Shown here in pieces: positions 20,078 to 30,363 of a stretch of DNA of 64,000 bases. The stretch spans positions 960,001-1,024,000 of the forward strand of contig CAWGVS010000006.1 in the NCBI GenBank assembly GCA_963826115.1, given 5' to 3'. The DNA is from an uncultured Candidatus Rokubacteria bacterium. Its GTDB lineage: Bacteria; Methylomirabilota; Methylomirabilia; Rokubacteriales; DASRDR01. The position numbers were made by a program, and so were the translations under genes. The notes beneath the pieces were generated by a model. That model was not told the origin of the DNA and searched no databases. It worked only from the letters and a program-made list of their open reading frames with translations. Position 1 is the stretch's first letter. Each line of letters opens with the position of its first letter.

Positions 20078-20290
20078 ATGATGACGACGATGACTCGATC
20101 CCTCCTCGTGCTGCTCCTGGCGGGCGTGGCGGCCGCGGGCTGCTCCACCACGCAGCCGGACTCCCTCCAGCAGGACGCCGACCTGTGTTTCCGGCCCCGC
20201 TCCTTCACGGAGGAGATTCCCAAGATGTACTGGGGTGACCCGGAGCGCGATCCCTGCTGGCGATTCCGGCGCGTCGTGCCGGACCGCTGA
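20078..20290 (+). CDS. Small putative lipoprotein
   Basis: LLVLLLAGVAAAG-C lipobox; two further Cys in a mature part of about 49 aa. Confidence 0.55.
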   Translation: MMTTMTRSLLVLLLAGVAAAGCSTTQPDSLQQDADLCFRPRSFTEEIPKMYWGDPERDPCWRFRRVVPDR

Positions 20291-20367
20291 GGAGCGCCGC
20301 CGCGGGCAGCGGTCGCGCGCAGCGCGACCCATCCGGCATCCCGCCATCGACGGAGGAGGTTGGTCGC

Positions 20368-22023
20368 ATGAATCGGTGGACCCGCGCAATCCTGGTCGTC
20401 CTTTCGATCGCGCTCGCGAGCTGCGCCGGGCAGTCCGGCGAGCACCGGCACCCGACGGCGGCGGCCGCGCCCCCGCCGATGGTCTACGAGGGGCTCGGGA
20501 GCTACCACCAGAGCATCACCGCCTCGGACGCGGCACAGGCGTACTTCGACCAGGGGCTGCGGCTCGTCTATGCCTTCAATCACCTGGAGGCGGAGTCCGC
20601 GTTCCGTGAGGCGACGCGCCTCGACCCGACCTGTGCGATGTGCTACTGGGGTATCGCACTCAGCCAGGGATCGAACTACAACAGCGCGACCGACGCCGAC
20701 AGGGAGCGAACTGCCTTCGCGGCCATCCAGCAGGCCTTGGTATTGGCCGGTCCAGCCACGGACCGCGAGCGGGCGACAATCGAGGCGCTCTCGAAGCGGC
20801 ACGCTCTCACACCCACGACCCAGCGGGCGGAGCTAGACCGCGCGTACGCCGACGCCATGCGCGAGGTGACGCGGCGCTTTCCAGACGACCTCGACGCCGC
20901 CACGCTGTTCGCGGACGCTCTCATGAACCTCCGGCCGTGGAATCTGTGGAAGCCCGACGGTAGCATGCAGCCCGAGACGCCGGAGATCCTCGAGACCCTG
21001 GAACGGGTGCTGCGGACGAACCCGGACCACCCAGGCGCGCTCCATCTTTACATCCACGCCGTCGAGGGCGGTCCCCACCCGGAGCGGGCCGAGGCGGCCG
21101 CCGACCGGCTGGGGCCCCTCATGCCGGGAGCAGGGCACATGGTCCACATGCCCTCCCACATCTACCTACGGATCGGCCGCTATGCCGACGCCGTGGATTC
21201 GAACGTCGCGGCGGTGAAAGCCGATCGCGCGTACTTGGCGAAGGGCCGGACGAACCCCATGGTCACCGGGCTCTACTACCCGCACAACCTCGACATGCTC
21301 TGGCAGGCGGCCAGCATGGGGGGGCGGGCGGCCGAAACGACCCGGGCCGCGCGCGAATTCGCCGAGTCCGTGCCGCCCACCATGCTCCGCGAGATGTCGG
21401 ACATGGAGACCGCGCCTGCCGCGCCGTACTTCGCGCTGGCGCGCTTCGGCCGCTGGGAGGAGATCCTGCGGCAGCCGGCGCCGCCGGCCGAGTTCCCGTA
21501 CGTCACGGGCGCCTGGCGCTACGCGCGCGGCCTGGCGTTCATCGCCACCGGGCGCCGGGCCGAGGCCGAGGCGGAGCTCGCCGCGATCCGGCAGCTCTCC
21601 GCGGCGGTGCCGGCGGAGCGGACGCTCGCCGGCTTCTTCAAGACGCGGACGATCCTCGATCTTGCCGCCACCGTGCTGGCGGGGGAGATCGCGGCGCGCA
21701 CGGGTCAGACCGACGTGGCCGTCCGGCACCTTCTCGCGGCCGTCGCGGAGCAGGACGGCCACTGGTTCACGGAGCCGCCCGTGTGGTACTACCCGGTGCG
21801 CCAGTCGCTCGGCGCGGCGCTGCTCGCGGGCGGCCGGCCGCTCGAGGCCGAGGCCGTCTACCGCGACGACCTCAAGCGCAACCCCGACAACGGGTGGTCC
21901 CTCTTCGGGCTCGCGCGGAGCCTCGAGGCGCAGGGCAAGAGCGCCGAGGCCGCCACCGTGCAGACCCGTTTCCAAAAGGCCTGGGCCCTGGCCGACGTGA
22001 CGCTCTCCGCGTCGAGGTTCTGA
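20368..22023 (+). CDS. TPR-repeat lipoprotein with His-rich motifs
   Basis: LASC lipobox, AQAYFDQGLRLVYAFNH, HPGALHLYIH, GHMVHMPSHIY, NGWSLFGL. Confidence 0.85.
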   Translation: MNRWTRAILVVLSIALASCAGQSGEHRHPTAAAAPPPMVYEGLGSYHQSITASDAAQAYFDQGLRLVYAFNHLEAESAFREATRLDPTCAMCYWGIALSQGSNYNSATDADRERTAFAAIQQALVLAGPATDRERATIEALSKRHALTPTTQRAELDRAYADAMREVTRRFPDDLDAATLFADALMNLRPWNLWKPDGSMQPETPEILETLERVLRTNPDHPGALHLYIHAVEGGPHPERAEAAADRLGPLMPGAGHMVHMPSHIYLRIGRYADAVDSNVAAVKADRAYLAKGRTNPMVTGLYYPHNLDMLWQAASMGGRAAETTRAAREFAESVPPTMLREMSDMETAPAAPYFALARFGRWEEILRQPAPPAEFPYVTGAWRYARGLAFIATGRRAEAEAELAAIRQLSAAVPAERTLAGFFKTRTILDLAATVLAGEIAARTGQTDVAVRHLLAAVAEQDGHWFTEPPVWYYPVRQSLGAALLAGGRPLEAEAVYRDDLKRNPDNGWSLFGLARSLEAQGKSAEAATVQTRFQKAWALADVTLSASRF

Positions 22024-22083
22024 GCGGCCGGCTGGTGTCGGGTGTCGCCCCCGGGCCCTCCGGGCCCTTACCGGAGTGTCTGT

Positions 22084-22174
22084 AGGGGTTTACCCCGTCT
22101 TGCTATCCGCGCCCCGGTGTCCGAATCTGCCTGGCGGGGTAGGGAATAACCGCCCGCCGATTCTGAGGAATCGG
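22084..22174 (+). promoter_or_regulatory. Candidate operator sites upstream of the sugar-nucleotide genes
   Basis: GGGGT-TT-ACCCC (22085-22096), related GTAGGGAATAACC near 22139, CCGATTC-N4-GAATCGG (22157-22174). Confidence 0.35.
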
Positions 22175-22216
22175 GTCGGCTGCCGGTGACAGTGGTAGTC
22201 CAGGACGGAGGGTCGG

Positions 22217-23281
22217 ATGCGGGTGTTGTTGCTGGGGGTGGGGGGGTTCATCGGGTCGCACCTGGTTGACCGGCTGCTGCGGGACCCCAGCTACGAGGTC
22301 GAGGGTCTCGACCTCACCGACGAGAAGCTCGAAGAGGCCCTCCAGGTCCCGAGGTTCAAGTTCGTCCGCGCCGACATCCGCCAGGAGCGGGAGACCACGC
22401 GCGCCATGATCGAACGGGCCGACGTGGTCGTCGATCTGATCGCGCACGCGAACCCGAGCATCTACGTGGCCAAGCCTCTCGAGGTCTTCGAGCTGAACTT
22501 CACGGAAAATCTTCACATCGCCGAGGCGTGCGTCGAGAAGGGGAAGCGCCTCGTGCAGTTCTCCACCTGCGAGGTGTACGGCAAGACGCTGGCCGCCGTG
22601 GCCCCCGACATGCTCCAGGACCCCGACGATCCCCGGCACGCGCTGTTCAGCGAGGACGCGACCGACTTCATCCTCGGCCCCGTGAACAAGCACCGCTGGA
22701 TCTACGCCTGCGCGAAGCAGCTTCTGGAGCGCGTCATCCACGCCTACGGGCTCCGCGAGGGCCTGAACTGGTCGGTGGTGCGGCCCTTCAACTTCATCGG
22801 GCCCAAGATCGACTACCTGACGACCGCGCAGGAGGGCAACCCCCGCGTGTTCTCCCACTTCATGAGCGCGCTGCTCGAGGGCACCCAGATGAAGCTGGTC
22901 AACGGGGGCCACCACAAGCGCTGCTACACCTACATCGACGACGCGGTCGACTGCATCGAGCGGATCATCGCGAACCCCGACGGCGTGTGCGACCGGCAGA
23001 TCTTCAACGTGGGCAGCCCGCAGAACGAGCTGTCGATCCGCGGGCTGGCCGAGCGGATGCGCGACCTCTATGCGCGGAAGTTCCTGCGGCGAGGGCAGCG
23101 GCTGCCGGACCTCGTGGACGTCGACAGCCGGGACTTCTACGGGGAAGGTTACGAGGACTCCGACCGTCGCATCCCCGACATCACCAAGGCCCAGACGCTC
23201 CTCGGCTGGCGGCCGAAGTACGGTCTCGACGAGACCATCGAACGGAGCATGGCGGGCTTCGCGCCCTACGCCACGACCTGA
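22217..23281 (+). CDS. UDP-glucuronate decarboxylase, UDP-apiose/UDP-xylose synthase-like (ArnA-related SDR)
   Basis: GVGGFIGSHL, FSTCEVYGKT, RWIYACAKQL, VRPFNFIGP, FYGEGYEDSDRRIPD. Confidence 0.85.
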   Translation: MRVLLLGVGGFIGSHLVDRLLRDPSYEVEGLDLTDEKLEEALQVPRFKFVRADIRQERETTRAMIERADVVVDLIAHANPSIYVAKPLEVFELNFTENLHIAEACVEKGKRLVQFSTCEVYGKTLAAVAPDMLQDPDDPRHALFSEDATDFILGPVNKHRWIYACAKQLLERVIHAYGLREGLNWSVVRPFNFIGPKIDYLTTAQEGNPRVFSHFMSALLEGTQMKLVNGGHHKRCYTYIDDAVDCIERIIANPDGVCDRQIFNVGSPQNELSIRGLAERMRDLYARKFLRRGQRLPDLVDVDSRDFYGEGYEDSDRRIPDITKAQTLLGWRPKYGLDETIERSMAGFAPYATT

Positions 23282-24054
23282 TGCCCGGGCAGCCGGCGCC
23301 TCCGGGCCGGCTCGCCATCACCATCCCCGCCTACAACGCCGCGAAGACGCTCGAGGGCGTCTTCGACCGCATGCCGCCCGAGATCCTGGCGCGTGATCCC
23401 CGCTACGTCGTCGTCAACGACGGCAGCACCGACGCGACGGCCGCGGTGGCGCGCCGGCTCCAGTCGCGGTTCCCGTCGCTCGAGCTGATCGAGCACCCCC
23501 GGAACCGCGGGTACGGAGGCGCGGCCCAGACCGGCCTCGGCCGGGCCCTCGAGGTCGGCGCGGACGTGGTGGCGTGGGTTCACGGCGACGGCCAGTACGC
23601 GCCGGAGTCCCTCCCGGCCCTTCTCGCGCCGCTCGACGCCGACCGGGCGGACGTCGTCCAGGGTTCGCGCCTCCGGGGCGGGGGCGCCTTGAAGGGCGGC
23701 ATGCCCGTCTACAAGTACGTCGCGAACCGCGGGCTGACCTGGATGGAGAACCGCGTCTTCGGGCTCCGGCTCGCGGAGTACCACAGCGGCTACATGCTCT
23801 ACCGCCGCGCGGCACTCGAGGCGATCCCGTTCCGGCGCTTCACGACGCGGGGCTTCGTCTTCGACCAGGAGATGCTGGTCGCCGCGCGGATCCTCGGCCT
23901 CCGTGTGGTCGACCTGCCGATTCCCACCCGCTACGCGGGGGAGGTCTCGCACCTCCGGCCGATCCCGTACGGGATCGCCGTGCTGCGGCTCATGGGGCGG
24001 TACATCCGGGGCGACTACCACCGCCTCGTGCGGGAGCACGCGCCCTCCCGCTGA
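23281..24054 (+). CDS. GT2 glycosyltransferase, DPM1/ArnC-like (polyprenol-phosphate acceptor predicted)
   Basis: IPAYN, VNDGSTD, NRGYGGA, HGDGQY, GSR, YHSGY; 1-nt overlap with upstream gene. Confidence 0.9.
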   Translation: MPGQPAPPGRLAITIPAYNAAKTLEGVFDRMPPEILARDPRYVVVNDGSTDATAAVARRLQSRFPSLELIEHPRNRGYGGAAQTGLGRALEVGADVVAWVHGDGQYAPESLPALLAPLDADRADVVQGSRLRGGGALKGGMPVYKYVANRGLTWMENRVFGLRLAEYHSGYMLYRRAALEAIPFRRFTTRGFVFDQEMLVAARILGLRVVDLPIPTRYAGEVSHLRPIPYGIAVLRLMGRYIRGDYHRLVREHAPSR

Positions 24055-24075
24055 CCGCGGCGCCGCCGGCGCCCC

Positions 24076-26741
24076 TCAGCGCCGGCGGGGGGCCCGCTCG
24101 AGCGCGAACGACTGGAGCTCGAAGCCGAGCGTCGTCGGCGTCTCGCCGACGTTGACCTCGAGGGCGCGGGGACCGAGCGCCTCCAGGGCGGTTCCGGCCG
24201 CCGCGCCCTTCATCCCGACGAAGGCGTGGGACTCGCGGAAGCGCCCCCGCAGGTCCCCCGACACGCCGAGCGCCCGGAGCGCCGCGACCGCCTCCTCGGT
24301 CAGGCGATTCGACGCCTCGTCACGGACCGCACCGGCGACGAGCGTGCCGTCCGGGAGCCCGCGGATCAGCGCCGCCAGGCGCGCCGCCGCGCCAGCGTCG
24401 TAGAAAGTGTCGAACGCGGCGGCCGCGCGGACCGCTCCGTCGGGGGCGAAAGCCACCAGGTTGTAGCCCCGGTCGTTCGGCGCCAGCTCGAGACCGTCGA
24501 GGACGATCGAGGCCGATTCCCCGTAGGGCTGGCCCGCGCTCCGGACGCGGAGGTCGCCCGGGCTCACGGCGCCGGTGCCGCCGATCCGGTAGCGGCCGTC
24601 GGGTGCCGCTCACCGGGCGCCGGTACCGGTACTCGAGCCTGACGACGTTGAGATCCGCCTGATGGTACGGCGGCGGGAGCGTTGCCGTGACCGCGCCATC
24701 CCCGTCGATCCGTGGCTCGCCGAGGGTGCGGCCGTTCAGCGACACACGCACCGACTGCTCGCGAGCCGGGATCGGCCGCCAGCGGCCGGAGCGTCGCCCG
24801 GAGGACCGGGTGCTCGCGCACGAACCCGTACGAGACCCAGCGCAGCGCCGTCGTTCCGCGCTCGGGCTGGGCGGCCACCTCCCAGAGATCCTCGTCGCCG
24901 TGGCTGTCCCGGAAGCGGAGGAACGGGGGCGGGGACTGCCGGAGCTCCCGCCACCTGTCCCGCCACGGCTTGGGCATCTCCGGGTCGGCGAGCCGCACGA
25001 CGAGGAAGTCGAGGGGATAGATCCGGCGCAGGTACGCCTCGGCCGCCGGAGACGGGAACGGCGGGCCGGGCGCCGACAGGAGCTCTGACACCCGCGCCTG
25101 GAGCTGCGGGACGAAACCGGAGTACCCGTTCACGATGCGCTTGCCGTGGCCGATCGACCGGAGCATCGCGTCGGCGTCGGGCATCGGCGCGTAGAGCGGC
25201 CACTCCATGACCACGGCGTCCGGCGGCGCCCCCCGCAGGACGTGGTCCACGGGGCGGAGGAGTGCCGGCACCCGGCCGTAGGCGAGCGGGAACGTCGCGT
25301 ACTCGAGCGCCAGGAGGACGCCGATGACGCTCACGGCCGGGACGAACGCCCGGCGGGGAAGGCGGGCGCGGAGCCACGTCACGCCGAAGGCCGCGAGGAG
25401 CGAGACGGCGAAGACCACCAGCACGCCGATCCGGTTGGCGGCGCGCAGCGCGCGGAGCGGCATCACGTACGGGTGGAGCCAGGCGTAGAGGCCCGGGCCG
25501 ATGGGCCGGCCCGCGAGGTTGACGACGGGACCCAGCGAGAGCAGGAAGGCGAAGAGCGAGAGCCCGAGCAGGATCCGGACCCAGTCGTCCACGCCGAGCG
25601 CCCGGTCGGTGAGCCCGCGCTGCCGGCGTCGCCACCCCTCCACCGCCTGGCGGGTGACCAGGATCCCGAAGAGCGCCACCCCGGACGCGGTGAAGGAAGG
25701 CAGCCGGCGAAGCGCGCCGGACCGTCCGCCGGTCGCGAGGGCGAGCCCCGCCAGGACGATGGCGCAGACCGTCGCGATCTGGAGCGCCCGCTCCGGCCAG
25801 GCGCCGGCCGCGGAGCGCTCGCGCCGGAGCCAGAGGAGGCCGACCACGGCCAGCCCGAGCGCCACCGCGCCCATGAAGAGCGTTGCCTCGTAGGCGTAGC
25901 CCCGCGGCGGCAGCTGGTAGAGCCAGTTGGGTCGCATCTCCACGTACTGGAGCACCTCGGCCGAGCGCTCCTGCACGTCGGCGAGCCGGCGCTCGAAGCC
26001 GAGCTCGCGCCGGGTCACGAGGAAGGGCCACATCACCGGCGCCATCGCCACCGCGAGCGCCACCCCGCCGATGGCGGCCGTCAGGAGGGTGCGGACGCGC
26101 CAGCCAGACCACCGGAGCGCCAGGTACTGGAGGGCCACGACGCCGAGCGCGCACGCGACGATCACCCCGTAGTAGAGGACCGAGATCGCCTGGAGCCAGA
26201 AGGCGACGCAGAAGAGCGCGAGGTAGCGCGCCTTCTGGGACTCGAGGAAGCGCACCATGGCGTAGATCGCCACGGGGATCCCGAAGGTCATCTCCATGTT
26301 GAACTCGATGTACATGTCGGTGCGGTACGGGCACAGCGTGAACACGGCGGCGGCGATCAGGGCGGCGGCCGGGTCGCGCGTCAGCCGGATGGCCACGGCG
26401 TACATGGCCCAGCCCGACAGCGCCCAGAAGACGAGCAGCGCCACGTTGTAGGCGAGCACGGGATTGCCGGTGGCCGCGTGGAGCGGGCCGGCCAGGAGCG
26501 CCGGCACGAACAGGGGTTCGCTGAAGGTGAGCGCCAGCCCGACGGGATAGAAGGCGTTGCCCTGCATGAGCGCGCCCGGGTCCGTCACGAGGTTCCGGAA
26601 CGCGGTGACCATCGCCCAGGTCAGGACGCGCGCGTCGGGGTTGTCGGGATAGTAGTGCGCGAGGTCGGTGACGAGCGGCCAGGTGTAGAGGACGACCGCG
26701 CCCAGCAGGAGGAGGAAGACGGCGGGGTGGATCCGCCTCAT
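24076..26741 (-). pseudogene. GT-C-like polytopic membrane protein with C-terminal ILEI/PANDER domain, split by two +1 frameshifts (about 24762 and 24601)
   Basis: About 12 TM, NAFYPVGLALTFSE, IVNGYSGF; reading continues in two other frames into RGYNLVA..FDTF..AVRDEAS..FRESHAFVG. Confidence 0.75.
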
Positions 26742-27580
26742 CCGCCGAGCAGCGCCGCGTACCGGTCGAGCAGGGACAGGACCTGGTCCCGCCCCTCCGA
26801 GGGCAGCGGCAGCACGACGCGGTCGATGCCCGCGGTCCGGAACCGGTCGAGCGCGGCCGCGTCGGGCTTGCCGCCGAAGACGGAGATCGAGATGGTCTTC
26901 GGATCGCGGCCCGCGCGCGCCGCCAGGCTCCGGAGCTCCGCGGTCTGCGCCAGGATCGCGTCGGCACCGGCCCGCCCGCGCGGGAACCAGCCGTCGCCGA
27001 ACTCCACGACCCGCCGGAGCGTGTGCGGGCCCTCGCCGCCCAGGAGGACGGGCGGGTGGGGCCGCTGGACGGGCTTCGGCCACGACCAGATCCGGTCGAA
27101 GCGGACGAACTCCCCGTGGAACTCCGCCTCGTCCTTCGTCCAGATCTCCTTCATCGCGAGGACCCGCTCCCGCATGACGCGGAAGCGGGTGGCGAAGGCC
27201 GTCCCGTGGTGCTCCATCTCCTCGACGTTCCATCCGGCCCCGACGCCGAACAGGAAGCGCCCGTTGGACAGGAGGTCGAGACTGGCGATCTCCTTGGCGG
27301 TCACGATCGGGTCGTGCTGAATGATCAGGCAGACGCCGGTGCCGATCCGGAGCCGCGACGTCACGGCGGCCGCCGCCGCGAGCCCGACGAAGGGATCGAG
27401 CGTGTGCGCGTACTCCTTCGGCAGCGTGCCGCCCCCGGGCCAGGGCGTGCGGCGGCTCGTGGGGATGTGCGTGTGCTCGGTCACGAAGAGCGATTCGAAG
27501 CCGCGCGCCTCGAGCGCGCCGGCCAGCTCGTCGATACGGATCGAGTACTCCGTGGGGAAGATGAACGCGCCGATCTGCAT
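26738..27580 (-). CDS. LLM-class F420-dependent oxidoreductase (Rv2161c-like)
   Basis: GFESLFVTEHTHIP, LDLLSNGRFLFGVGAGWN, PKPVQRPHPP. Confidence 0.92.
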   Translation of the reverse strand: MQIGAFIFPTEYSIRIDELAGALEARGFESLFVTEHTHIPTSRRTPWPGGGTLPKEYAHTLDPFVGLAAAAAVTSRLRIGTGVCLIIQHDPIVTAKEIASLDLLSNGRFLFGVGAGWNVEEMEHHGTAFATRFRVMRERVLAMKEIWTKDEAEFHGEFVRFDRIWSWPKPVQRPHPPVLLGGEGPHTLRRVVEFGDGWFPRGRAGADAILAQTAELRSLAARAGRDPKTISISVFGGKPDAAALDRFRTAGIDRVVLPLPSEGRDQVLSLLDRYAALLGG

Positions 27581-27718
27581 CCCTGCCTCCTCGGACCGGG
27601 TGGATGCGGGAGCGCCGATTCCGCCACCGCGGGACGGGCGTCCCGACCGGGCGCCACCCCGCCATACTCTCTCACGGGCGTCGTCCGGCGCGCGCCGGGT
27701 CCCGCGCGCCGCCCTGCC

Positions 27719-27747
27719 TTGACTTGGCGGGAGGCGCTGCCGAGAAT
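27719..27747 (+). promoter_or_regulatory. Sigma70-like promoter for the peptide ABC operon
   Basis: TTGACT-N17-GAGAAT. Confidence 0.45.
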
Positions 27748-27819
27748 GGCGCCGACGCCGTGTCCGAGCTCGAAGATGCCCGAACCCGCCGAGACCCGGC
27801 CGGAAACTGGAGGTCCCTG

Positions 27820-29382
27820 ATGAGCCTGGTTAGCCCACTTCGCGTCATTCTCGCGGTGCTCGCGAGCGCCGTCCTGGCCCTGTCCGGCGCGACGTCCGGA
27901 GAGGCGAAGGTCCTCCGGACCAACCTCCGCTCGGATCCCTCGATGGTCGACCCGATCACGTTCTCGGAGCTGGTGGCCGGGGACGTGATGAAGAACCTCT
28001 ACGAGGGTTTCACGGAGATCGACAAGGATGGGGGCATCGCCCCCGCCCTGGCCCTCAGGTGGGAGGCCAGTCCCGACAACAAGGGCTTCCGTTTCCACCT
28101 GCGGAAGGGCGTGAAGTTCCACAGCGGACGCGAGTTCACGGCGAAGGACGTCAAGTGGACGTTCGAGCAGATTCTCCTGCCGGGCAACAAGGGCGGGCTC
28201 ACCCTGACCTACCTCAAGATCATCGAGGGGGCGCAGGAGATGCAGGAGGGCAAGGCCACCCAGCTGTCGGGGGTGAAGGTCGTCGACCCGTACACCGTAG
28301 AGGTCCACTTCACCCGTCCCGACGTGCTGTTCCCGATCTACCCGTTCCAGTTCATGGACAGCGGGATCGTCGCGCAGCAGGGCGCCGACTGGCACACGAA
28401 GGTGTCGGCCGGCACCGGCCCCTTCAAGTTCGTTTACTGGAAGAAGGGGCAGGAGGTCCGCCTGGCGGCCCACAAGGACTACTGGAAGGGCGCCCCGTCG
28501 GTCGACGAGATCTCGATGCTCATCGTGCCCAGCTTCGACACCGCGGTGTCGATGTACGAGGCCAACGAGCTGGACGTGGTCGACCTGGAGGCGATCCAGG
28601 CGCGGCGCGTGCTGAAGGACCCGAAGTTCAAGGACGAGATCCTGGCGGTGCCGGCCGCGCAGATCCGCTACATGGGTATGAACCAGAATCTCTACGCGCC
28701 CTTCAAGGACAAGCGGGTCCGGGAGGCCATCTGCATCTCGTTCGACCGCGAGGCCCTCGTCAAGGGCCTCTACGGCGGAGCGGCGGCGCCGCTCTACGGC
28801 CAGATCACGCCGGGCATCGCCGGGTACAACCCGAACGTCAAGCCGATCCCGTATGACCCGGCGCGCGCCAAGCAGCTCATGGCCGAGGCCGGCTACCCCG
28901 ATGGCAAGGGGCTGCCCCCGGTCAAGCTCACCTGCGAGCCGAACTTCAAGGACGAGCTCGCCTACTACGCGGACCAGTTCAAGAAGGTGCTCGGGATGCC
29001 GGTCGAGTTGGAGATCCAGGAGCGCGGGACCTTCATCAAGCGGATGAACACCGGCGAGGTCCCGTTCTTCCCCTGGGGGTGGACCGCCGACTACCCGGAC
29101 GCGATGTACTTCCTCTCGCAGGTCTGGTACGGCCCCAGCCCGTACAACCGGTCCCGCTGGAAGAACGCGGAGTTCGACCAGCTGATCGACCGCGCCCAGG
29201 GCACCGCCGACGCCCAGGCGCGGTACAAGCTCTATCACACGGCCGAGCAGGTCCTGCTGGCGGACTGGGGCACGTGCCCGCTCGTCGTGCGGATGCAGAT
29301 CGCGCTCCGCAAGCCGAACGTCCAGGGCGTGTACCTCACGCCATTCCGGTTCCTGCCGTTCAACACCGTGAAGCTCAACTAG
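27820..29382 (+). CDS. Peptide/nickel ABC substrate-binding protein (DppA/OppA family)
   Basis: LYEGF, LRKGVKFHSG, GTGPFK, DKRVREA, YDPARAKQLMAEAGY. Confidence 0.93.
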   Translation: MSLVSPLRVILAVLASAVLALSGATSGEAKVLRTNLRSDPSMVDPITFSELVAGDVMKNLYEGFTEIDKDGGIAPALALRWEASPDNKGFRFHLRKGVKFHSGREFTAKDVKWTFEQILLPGNKGGLTLTYLKIIEGAQEMQEGKATQLSGVKVVDPYTVEVHFTRPDVLFPIYPFQFMDSGIVAQQGADWHTKVSAGTGPFKFVYWKKGQEVRLAAHKDYWKGAPSVDEISMLIVPSFDTAVSMYEANELDVVDLEAIQARRVLKDPKFKDEILAVPAAQIRYMGMNQNLYAPFKDKRVREAICISFDREALVKGLYGGAAAPLYGQITPGIAGYNPNVKPIPYDPARAKQLMAEAGYPDGKGLPPVKLTCEPNFKDELAYYADQFKKVLGMPVELEIQERGTFIKRMNTGEVPFFPWGWTADYPDAMYFLSQVWYGPSPYNRSRWKNAEFDQLIDRAQGTADAQARYKLYHTAEQVLLADWGTCPLVVRMQIALRKPNVQGVYLTPFRFLPFNTVKLN

Positions 29383-29415
29383 CCGCGGGCCGCCGCCCGG
29401 CGTGAGAGCGCGCGG

Positions 29416-30363
29416 GTGAGGTCGTACGCCCTCCGCCGCGCGCTCGGGCTCCTCCCGGTCCTGGTGGCGGCGATCGTGCTGACGTTCGTCGCCAACCAGT
29501 TCGTCCCCGGCGACCCGATCACGACGCTCCTGAGCGACCGGTCGGGGGACACCGCCCTCGAGGCCCGCCTCCGCGCCGAGTACGGCCTGGACCGGCCGCT
29601 GTGGCGGCAGTTCGGCTCCTACGTGGCCGGTATCCTCCGCGGCGACTTCGGCCTGTCGTTCCGGTTCGCGAGCACCCCCGTGATCGACGTGATCGCGCCC
29701 GGCCTCCTGGTGAGCCCGCTCCTGGCCGGAGGCGCCCTCCTCATCTCGGTGCCGCTCGGGGTGGCGCTGGGGACGTTCGTGGCGCTCCGCAGGAACTCGG
29801 TGTGGGACACGCTCGTCGTGCTCGTCCTGGTGGCCGGCACCTCGATCCCGAACTTCGCCCTCGCCGCCTTCCTGGTCTACCTCCTGAGCGTCCGGCTCGG
29901 CTGGTTGCCGGTCGCCGGCTGGGGATCCTTCTCCCAGGCCGTCCTGCCCGTGGTGCTCCTGGCCATCCCGCCGACCGCGTACGTCGCGCGGCTGTCCCGC
30001 ACCTACATGCTGGAGGTCCTGCAGCAGGACTACATCCGGACCGCGCGGGCGAAGGGCCTGAGCCGCCGGCTCGTGGTCTACCGCCACGCCCTCCGGAACA
30101 CGCTGGTGCCGCTCCTCACCACGATCGGCATCATCCTGGGCGGCCTCCTGTCCGGCACGTTCGTCATCGAGACGCTGTTCAACATTCCCGGGCTCGGCCG
30201 CATGGCGATCCAGTCGATCTTTGCCCGCGACTACCCGGTGACGATGGCCATCGTGCTCCTCTTCACGTTCTTCTACGCCGGCATCAACCTCGTGGTCGAC
30301 CTGCTGTACGGCTTCATCGATCCGCGGATCCGCCTGGGCGCCGGCCGGACGGGAGGCGCGTGA
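29416..30363 (+). CDS. Peptide ABC permease (DppB-like)
   Basis: PGDP, GDFGLS, DYIRTARAKGL, HALRN. Confidence 0.93.
   Translation: MRSYALRRALGLLPVLVAAIVLTFVANQFVPGDPITTLLSDRSGDTALEARLRAEYGLDRPLWRQFGSYVAGILRGDFGLSFRFASTPVIDVIAPGLLVSPLLAGGALLISVPLGVALGTFVALRRNSVWDTLVVLVLVAGTSIPNFALAAFLVYLLSVRLGWLPVAGWGSFSQAVLPVVLLAIPPTAYVARLSRTYMLEVLQQDYIRTARAKGLSRRLVVYRHALRNTLVPLLTTIGIILGGLLSGTFVIETLFNIPGLGRMAIQSIFARDYPVTMAIVLLFTFFYAGINLVVDLLYGFIDPRIRLGAGRTGGA

Noticed and set aside
22217-24054. arn (L-Ara4N lipid A modification) operon
   Set aside because: No formyltransferase domain, ArnB aminotransferase or ArnD; motifs are closer to UAXS
24564-27665. Apparent 1033-aa fusion ORF
   Set aside because: The first 308 codons are an off-frame read of the LLM gene; the real start is 26741 (ATGA overlap)
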